From contig CANRHO010000001.1 in the NCBI GenBank assembly GCA_947630435.1, positions 1 through 41,855 of the forward strand: a DNA stretch of 41,855 bases, in the 5' to 3' direction. The translations under genes and the position numbers were made by a program. Position 1 is the stretch's first letter. Each line of letters opens with the position of its first letter. Of the stretch, positions 36,069-41,855 are shown in pieces. The notes under the pieces are model-generated. The model searched no databases. It worked only from the letters and a program-made list of their open reading frames with translations, and was not told the origin of the DNA. This stretch comes from an uncultured Bacilli bacterium (GTDB lineage: Bacteria > Bacillota_I > Bacilli_A > RF39 > UBA660).

Positions 36069-38216
36069 CTAATTTTTGTTATGAAATAAATTTTTAATAA
36101 TTATACCTTCTATTAATAAAGTAAATAACATTAATAATATATACTGTAACTTAGATAAATATGTTCCACTATATTCATAATAGACTTTCATGCTTAAATC
36201 ACTTTTAACTTTCTTATTATTAACTAATAAATCTCCATCATATTGACTATTTCCCCTAGATAATCTGTATCCCCAACCTATTGAATTGCTATCATCATCC
36301 ATGGAAGATATAACAATCCAGTACTTTTGCTTTTTAACGGGATTTTGCTCATCTAATTTTAAATTGACTAATCCATCATTTGATATGTCTTTAGAAGTAA
36401 TTATAAAAGATTTAACCTGTTTATTTTTTGTATATACTCTAACGTCATATTTCGCGCTTGAGTCGTTATATTTTATAGCTGCTAAAGATATGTTATTAAA
36501 TTTTCCATTTGCATAAAATTCTTGTTCGATTATTTTTTTATTAATAGATAAATCATCTAAATATATATTATATTGGGGATAAATATTATTTACTTGATAA
36601 ACATGATACGTGGAAATTTTAGTAACATAACCTTGGTAAAGAAAAGCAAAGGAAATAATCGTAAACAAAACAAATACCAAAGCAACATTTTTTCCTAATT
36701 TTTTCTTTTGCACATCTAACTTCTTATTAGAAATTTTATCTAAAATATATGCTCCTAAAATAATCATAAAAGAAATAAATGGTAAACTATAATCAGTTTT
36801 ACTTTCCCAAATTGCATAGAAAAATATTAATCCTAATATTGAAATAGTAAAAAATATTCTATAATCAATTTTTTTAAATCTTAATTGATCAATTAAACAT
36901 GCTAACACTAATAAATATAAAAACATCCTAAAAGCATAACAATAAATATTTACAAAATCACTTTTTTCTCCATTTATAAATTGATATAATTTACTTTCTT
37001 TTTGAAGGTTTGTAATTCTAAAACTATAATTTTCAGAAAATGATGCAGGAATCTTAACTATAAAGTGATTTACTAATCCACTAATACCATATTCTTTTAT
37101 GGTTTTCTTAATTTCATCAACATTAGCTCTTACTTTTTCTTCTTTACTATCAAAACCATAAGTAAAATAATTTAAATTCTCATCTAATATTCCATTACCT
37201 TTTATTCCTATCATTAACCAGTGGGTAACTGGAAAATTTTTGGAATTATCAGGATAAAACTTTTTAATATTATAATTTATCACTTCAAAGCAAATAATTG
37301 ACGTGAACAAAAACACCGTGATAGCCATTAATAATTTTTTATAGTTTATTTTAATAAACTGACTTACCTTTTGTTTATGTAACATTACATAAATAATAAA
37401 TGTTACAAATATGGCTATTAATGGTATTATCATGGTAGCTCTAAGCATAAATCCAGTAACTGATATAATACTAAATATAATTACATAAAGCATAAATTTT
37501 AAATTAATGGTATTACATTCTTTCATTAATAAAATTAGATATATTGAAGAAATTACAAACACCCAACTAAAAGTATTAGTATAAGTCCAAAATATATAAA
37601 AATAATTTAATGGATTTAATACGCATAAAACTAAAGTTTTTAAAGCAAAATCATTACCTTTTAATTTTTGTGCAACTTTATAAGTGAAAAAAATAGACAA
37701 ATCAATTAAAATTATATTGCATATAGTTAAATAAGTTGTATTACCTGCTAAACCAAATAAATTAAAAAATTTAGTAATCAAAATTACCATTAATGTAAAA
37801 AAGTTATTATTTGAGTATATTTCCCAATAATATGTAGAATTATAATCGACTATTTTATCAAAACCAAAAGCAATTGCTCTTGCCTGATTAGTCGTTATAA
37901 ATGAATCTGTAACTTGAATAGGATGTATATCTGTTAACAGAATTATTTGAGACACAATCAAAAATAATATTAGTCCATATTTTAGTATTCTCTTCTTTTT
38001 ATCATCCCATTTATTTATATTTTTATAAATAACAATAATAAATAAAAATATTAAAGTGGCAACACCCCAATATATATATTCTGGATATTTAACAAGAGAA
38101 TTTAAGTATTTTGACATATCTGTGTACATTAATGAATTATATGTTATTAATATTAATAACAGTAATGTAATAACAATTATTACATTACTTGCAATTTTCG
38201 AAATTTTTTTCATCAT
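36069..38216 (-). CDS. GT-C-type polytopic glycosyltransferase with C-terminal extracytoplasmic domain (partner of the upstream GtrB-like enzyme)
   Basis: About 715 aa from ATG 38216 (GGAAGGAA RBS). About 13 TM helices. An Asp-containing first loop (HPIQVTDSFITTNQARA) and a roughly 190-aa soluble C-terminus. Directly downstream of a polyprenyl-phosphate glycosyltransferase gene. Confidence 0.6.
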   Translation of the reverse strand: MMKKISKIASNVIIVITLLLLILITYNSLMYTDMSKYLNSLVKYPEYIYWGVATLIFLFIIVIYKNINKWDDKKKRILKYGLILFLIVSQIILLTDIHPIQVTDSFITTNQARAIAFGFDKIVDYNSTYYWEIYSNNNFFTLMVILITKFFNLFGLAGNTTYLTICNIILIDLSIFFTYKVAQKLKGNDFALKTLVLCVLNPLNYFYIFWTYTNTFSWVFVISSIYLILLMKECNTINLKFMLYVIIFSIISVTGFMLRATMIIPLIAIFVTFIIYVMLHKQKVSQFIKINYKKLLMAITVFLFTSIICFEVINYNIKKFYPDNSKNFPVTHWLMIGIKGNGILDENLNYFTYGFDSKEEKVRANVDEIKKTIKEYGISGLVNHFIVKIPASFSENYSFRITNLQKESKLYQFINGEKSDFVNIYCYAFRMFLYLLVLACLIDQLRFKKIDYRIFFTISILGLIFFYAIWESKTDYSLPFISFMIILGAYILDKISNKKLDVQKKKLGKNVALVFVLFTIISFAFLYQGYVTKISTYHVYQVNNIYPQYNIYLDDLSINKKIIEQEFYANGKFNNISLAAIKYNDSSAKYDVRVYTKNKQVKSFIITSKDISNDGLVNLKLDEQNPVKKQKYWIVISSMDDDSNSIGWGYRLSRGNSQYDGDLLVNNKKVKSDLSMKVYYEYSGTYLSKLQYILLMLFTLLIEGIIIKNLFHNKN

Positions 38217-38229
38217 AATTCCTTCCGTT

Positions 38230-39192
38230 TTATTTATCTTTATCCTTGTTTTTAATAATTTTTTCAACGTTATATCTAGGTCTTTCCTTAACTTCTATAT
38301 ATGTCTTTCCGACATACTGACCTATTATACCAATGCATAAAAGTTGAACTCCACCCAAAAACCAAATCGAGCAGAAAAGTGAACTCCAACCGTCAAAGCT
38401 ACGCCCCATAAAATATCCTAAAACACCATATAGCATAGCAATAATGCTTACAACTATAATTACTATGCCTAACATGCAAATAATCGTCATTGGTTTAATA
38501 CTAAATGAGGTTATACCATCAAAAGCAAACTTTATCATTTTTTTAAGTGGATATTTACTTTCTCCTGCAATTCTTTTGCCACGAGCATAATATACACAAT
38601 CTGTTTTATATCCAATTAAAGGTACTATACCTCTTAAAAATAAATTTCTTTCTTTATATTCCGAAAGATCTTTCATAGCTCTTTTACTCATAAGTCTAAA
38701 ATCAGCATGATTATAAACTGATTTAACACCCATTAGTTTCATAAATTTATAAAATGATTGTGCGGTAAATCTTTTAAAGAAACTATCACTTTTTCTATCA
38801 TTACGAACTCCATAAACAATATCTATTCCGGATGTATATTTATCTATCATTTCTTCGATTACATTTATATCATCTTGTAGATCAGCATCAATTGAAATAG
38901 ACATATCAACTAAATCTAAAGATTCTGTAATACCCGCTAATAAAGCGTTTTGATGACCAACATTACCAGCTAATTTTAGTCCATAAACAAATTTGTTTTT
39001 TTTATTTTCCTCATGTATTAATTGCCAAGTATTATCTTTACTTCCATCATCTACAAACAATATAAAACTATTTTTTGCAATTTTTCTTTTTTTTATTAAA
39101 TCTTTTAAAAGATTTGTTAGTTTTCCAGAGGAAAAACTAAATATTTCTTCTTCATTATAACATGGTACAATAATTGCTAACCTATTTTTCAT
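38230..39192 (-). CDS. GtrB/CsbB/ArnC-type GT2: polyprenyl-phosphate glycosyltransferase
   Basis: 320 aa. LAIIVPCYNEEE, FVDDGSKDNT, SIDADLQDD, and two C-terminal TM helices ending GIIGQYVGKTYIEVKERPRY. This is the classic GtrB-family architecture. Confidence 0.88.
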   Translation of the reverse strand: MKNRLAIIVPCYNEEEIFSFSSGKLTNLLKDLIKKRKIAKNSFILFVDDGSKDNTWQLIHEENKKNKFVYGLKLAGNVGHQNALLAGITESLDLVDMSISIDADLQDDINVIEEMIDKYTSGIDIVYGVRNDRKSDSFFKRFTAQSFYKFMKLMGVKSVYNHADFRLMSKRAMKDLSEYKERNLFLRGIVPLIGYKTDCVYYARGKRIAGESKYPLKKMIKFAFDGITSFSIKPMTIICMLGIVIIVVSIIAMLYGVLGYFMGRSFDGWSSLFCSIWFLGGVQLLCIGIIGQYVGKTYIEVKERPRYNVEKIIKNKDKDK

Positions 39193-39238
39193 AAACTACT
39201 ATCACCTTTATCTATAATTTTAATTATTAACTATTTAT

Positions 39239-39267
39239 AGTATAACATACTACTTCATTATCATCAA
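39239..39267 (-). promoter_or_regulatory. Candidate sigma-A promoter (extended -10) heading the glycopolymer locus
   Basis: Minus strand reads TTGATG (39267-39262), 17-nt spacer, TATG-T-TATACT (-10 at 39244-39239), about 45 nt upstream of ATG 39192. Confidence 0.45.
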
Positions 39268-39305
39268 TTTATTATTTTGCGTTAATTTAATGTTTAATAC
39301 AAAGT

Positions 39306-39334
39306 TTGACTTTTCACATTATATATGATAGCAT
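39306..39334 (+). promoter_or_regulatory. Candidate divergent promoter for the wHTH-metallophosphoesterase gene
   Basis: TTGACT (39306-39311), 17-nt spacer, TGA-TAGCAT (39329-39334), about 28 nt upstream of ATG 39362. Confidence 0.35.
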
Positions 39335-39361
39335 ATAACTCCGTGAAAAAGGGATGAAAAA

Positions 39362-40510
39362 ATGACAGAAACAAATAAAAAAATAATAGATATGATTAAA
39401 CAAAAAAAATCAATAGAAGAAATATCTAAAGAGGCAAACTTAAGCTACAAACAATTATATAATAGAATCTCAGATATACAAAGAAACGGGTATATAACAA
39501 AAAGAAGATATGATACCAATGGCACTTTATACTATACTTTTGGTAATGATGACTGTTATCATTCAGATAATTCATTTGAATTATATAACGAAAAAACAAC
39601 TGTAAAATTTTTAGTTATTTCTGACTTACATATGGGAAACATATCAAGCGATGAAGAAACATTATATGCAATATACAATTATTGTTGCAAAAACGATATT
39701 CATGTAATTATAAATTGTGGAGACATTTTAGATGGAACATTTTCAAATACAGAATGTTTTATACCTCCAGAAGAGCAAATAGAATATTTAATAAAAAAAT
39801 ATCCTTTTGATAAAAGTATTTTCACTTTATATACACCTGGTGATCATGATATTTCTTTATATGCAAAGAATAACATTTCAATGGACATAGCTTTAAATAA
39901 AAGAAGACATGATATATGTGCTATTTCTCCATATGTCAAATTACATAATGACGTTATTATGTTTAATAACAATCAAATTATGGTATCACATAAAGCACCT
40001 GTTTTTGAAGAAAATAATATACAAAATATAAAATTACACTTAGTAGGACACAATCACACCTCAAAAACCTTATTAGGAATTAATGACTCTAAAAATGTAA
40101 CTCCTAGAATAATGGTACCACCTCTTTGTAGAAATCATTGTAAAGGAGAAATAAACATCCCAAGAGCCATAGAACTTACCTTATATTTAGATAATAAATA
40201 TCATTTTAAGTACGTTTTAAAAAAAGACCTATTGGTTTTAAACAGTAAGGTATTAAATACTGGTGAAACAATAATTAACTATGGTAATGACAAGTTAAAT
40301 GCACTAAATTTAGAAAATACAAATAATTATATCGATGATAACGAAACTATAGTTAATAAAACATTTAAAGATTCCGAGGAAAAAGAAATTGGTGAATTAA
40401 GTAATGAACAAAAACAAAAATTAAATGATTTCTTTGGGAATATTGGAACCTCTAAGAAGTTAGATAATATGATAAAAAAGTCTATAAAAAGAAAACAAAA
40501 ACGAAAATAA
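39362..40510 (+). CDS. Fusion of an N-terminal winged-HTH-like domain with a calcineurin-like metallophosphoesterase and a basic tail
   Basis: 382 aa. The N-terminal roughly 60 aa (KKSIEEISKEANLSYKQLYNRISDIQRNGYI) look like an HTH. The metallophosphoesterase motifs are ISDLHMGN, NCGDILDG, PGDHD (variant of GNHD/E) and VGHNHTS. The C-terminus is an acidic-then-basic tail ending KKSIKRKQKRK. Confidence 0.7.
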   Translation: MTETNKKIIDMIKQKKSIEEISKEANLSYKQLYNRISDIQRNGYITKRRYDTNGTLYYTFGNDDCYHSDNSFELYNEKTTVKFLVISDLHMGNISSDEETLYAIYNYCCKNDIHVIINCGDILDGTFSNTECFIPPEEQIEYLIKKYPFDKSIFTLYTPGDHDISLYAKNNISMDIALNKRRHDICAISPYVKLHNDVIMFNNNQIMVSHKAPVFEENNIQNIKLHLVGHNHTSKTLLGINDSKNVTPRIMVPPLCRNHCKGEINIPRAIELTLYLDNKYHFKYVLKKDLLVLNSKVLNTGETIINYGNDKLNALNLENTNNYIDDNETIVNKTFKDSEEKEIGELSNEQKQKLNDFFGNIGTSKKLDNMIKKSIKRKQKRK

Positions 40511-40566
40511 AAGACAACCACATTGTCATTTGATGAAATTATAAGATAAATATAAACACAAAAAAA

Positions 40567-40590
40567 CACACTCTCTCGGTGTGATTTTTT
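40567..40590. terminator. Weak candidate terminator between convergent genes
   Basis: CACAC-TCTCTCG-GTGTG (only a 5-bp stem) followed by ATTTTTT and preceded by A6. It lies between the metallophosphoesterase stop (40510) and the spoIVA stop (40621). Confidence 0.35.
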
Positions 40591-40620
40591 ATTTAATGCT
40601 TTTAAACATAAAAAAGATAA

Positions 40621-41855
40621 CTATATTACTATAGCTATCATGTTATTAGAACCTTTATTAACTACTTTGGTTAGGGTTGTTTGTAATTTATGTCTTATAT
40701 TATCCGGCATTAAAGATAATTTACCCCTTATGCCCTCTTGAACAATATTATCCAAACTTCTACCAAACATTTCACTTTTCCATACGCTTTGTGGGTCTGC
40801 TTCGTAATCTTTCATTAGGTTATCAATAAGTTCTTTGCTCTGTGTTTCAGAACCAATAATGGGTTCAAAGGTTGATTCAACATCTACTCTTATCATGTGG
40901 ATAGATGGTGCAACTGCTTTTAATTTTACGCCGTATCTTGTTCCTTGTTTTATTATTTCAGGAGTATCAAGTTTCATATCTTTAATAGTAGGAAAAGACG
41001 TTCCATATCCGGTTTGTTTAACCATTTTAATTGCATCTTTAAATTGTGAGAATTCTTCTCTTGTTTCATTTAATTCCGTAAATAAACTAATAAGTTTTGC
41101 TTTAGAATCTATTTCAGTTCCAATTATTTCATTTAATACTTCGTTATATAATCCATCTGGCGCTTCTAAGTTAATCGTTATTTCACCAGTAGCAGTATTT
41201 ACCTCAGATAAATAGGCCTTACTAATATAATCACAGCCATTAAAGTGTTCTATTATTGTATCAACATCTCTTACTTTATCAACATCTACTACACTTTCTT
41301 TTATTTTTTCTATATATTCTTTTTTTATAATATGTTTATATGATAAACATGCTATCCAATCAGGTATGTTTACATTAACACTTAATACCGGAAATTCAAA
41401 TAATGCTTCTTTTAAAATATTATATATTTCTTTTTCCGTCATCGTTTCAACGCTAACCGGAATAACAGGTACGTTATATTCGTCCTTTAAACTTTGAGCT
41501 ATTCTTTCAGTATCAGGATGTGTAGGATGAGCTGAATTTAAGACAACGATAAATGGTTTTCCTATTTCCTTTAACTCGCTTATAACTTGATTTTCAGCAC
41601 TAACATAGTCCTCTCTTTTTATCTCCCCAAAACTACCATCAGTGGTAACAACAATACCTATTGTTGAATGATCCCTTATTACTTTTTCAGTACCAATTTC
41701 CGCCGCTTCAACGAAAGGAATTTCTTCATCATACCATGGGGTTCTAACCATCCTAGGCCCATTTTCGTCTTCATACCCTTTAGCAGCATCAATTACATAT
41801 CCCACACAATCAATTAATCTTATGTTTGCAGTAAAATCTTCTATTTGAATTTGAG
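40621..41855 (-). CDS. spoIVA: Stage IV sporulation protein A (spore coat morphogenetic ATPase), N-terminally truncated by the window edge
   Basis: Near-collinear with B. subtilis SpoIVA as I recall it: KGYEDENGPRMVRTPWY, STIGIVVTTDGS, GKPFIVVLNS, ALFEFPVL, MVKQTGYG, RYGVKLKAVAPSIHMIRVDVES, SLMPDNIRHKL. The frame stays open upstream of the track's Met to the window end (..IRLIDCVGYVIDAAKGY). Confidence 0.95.
   Translation of the reverse strand, partial: QIQIEDFTANIRLIDCVGYVIDAAKGYEDENGPRMVRTPWYDEEIPFVEAAEIGTEKVIRDHSTIGIVVTTDGSFGEIKREDYVSAENQVISELKEIGKPFIVVLNSAHPTHPDTERIAQSLKDEYNVPVIPVSVETMTEKEIYNILKEALFEFPVLSVNVNIPDWIACLSYKHIIKKEYIEKIKESVVDVDKVRDVDTIIEHFNGCDYISKAYLSEVNTATGEITINLEAPDGLYNEVLNEIIGTEIDSKAKLISLFTELNETREEFSQFKDAIKMVKQTGYGTSFPTIKDMKLDTPEIIKQGTRYGVKLKAVAPSIHMIRVDVESTFEPIIGSETQSKELIDNLMKDYEADPQSVWKSEMFGRSLDNIVQEGIRGKLSLMPDNIRHKLQTTLTKVVNKGSNNMIAIVI

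Noticed and set aside
849-41215. Antisense or shadow ORFs in the track: 849-1055, 1657-1947, 3990-4286, 5032-5301, 6852-7085, 7975-8190, 8491-8709, 9817-10029, 14093-14350, 15156-15338, 20105-20305, 20381-20725, 21696-22034, 24448-24681, 36286-36516, 38056-38340, 40327-40569, 40835-41215
   Set aside because: Each is fully or mostly embedded opposite a longer ORF with clear family motifs. Their products are low-complexity F/L/I/K-rich, as expected from antisense translation of AT-rich coding DNA. None has a convincing RBS.
1-41855. CRISPR arrays, tRNA/rRNA genes, IS elements, restriction-modification, toxin-antitoxin or recognisable anti-phage defence genes
   Set aside because: No regularly spaced direct repeats were seen. 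No T-loop/acceptor-type tRNA signatures were seen outside rnpB. None of the ORF products shows transposase, integrase, methyltransferase, nuclease-ATPase or known defence-system motifs. This was a visual scan only, so short or degenerate elements could have been missed.

Overview
Very AT-rich Firmicutes chromosome segment from an endospore former (a partial spoIVA lies at the right edge). No CRISPR array, transposase, integrase, rRNA or tRNA was seen.

(1) 1-10 kb is a housekeeping block with Bacillus-like synteny: deoD, recA, pgsA, a rodZ-like gene, a type-B RNase P RNA (rnpB, missed by the ORF track), gpsB, recU-ponA, dnaD, cca and hup.

(2) 10-12 kb holds a small sortase gene overlapping an LPKTG-anchored adhesin gene. 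The adhesin has Cna-B/SpaA-type domains and a thioester-domain-like N-terminus.

(3) 12.5-39.2 kb is about 27 kb carried entirely on the minus strand and tightly packed, with many 4-nt ATGA overlaps. It is a cell-envelope glycopolymer locus that mixes several biosynthetic logics:
- Wzx flippase and a Wzy/O-antigen-ligase-like protein.
- Three GT2 enzymes, one GT4, and a split Alg14/Alg13-like glycosyltransferase.
- A CDP-alditol module (TarI/IspD-like, extended SDR, TagF-like, PF05704).
- A split AT3 + SGNH O-acetylation pair.
- A GtrB-like GT2 + GT-C + GtrA three-component glycosylation set.
- A UbiA-family polyprenyl-phosphate phosphoribosyltransferase-like gene, translationally coupled to large polytopic membrane proteins and close to a HAD-phosphatase::GT-C fusion.
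- A terminal secreted protein with 4 ricin-type lectin modules fused to a GH25 muramidase.

(4) 39.4-40.5 kb is a divergently transcribed wHTH-metallophosphoesterase fusion.

The most interesting candidate is the UbiA / HAD-GT-C / polytopic-protein module at 23-30 kb. It looks like a lipid-linked pentofuranose donor and transfer pathway, of the type known from mycobacterial arabinan synthesis, embedded in a teichoic-acid-like Wzx/Wzy locus. All functional calls come from motif recognition by eye, not from database searches.
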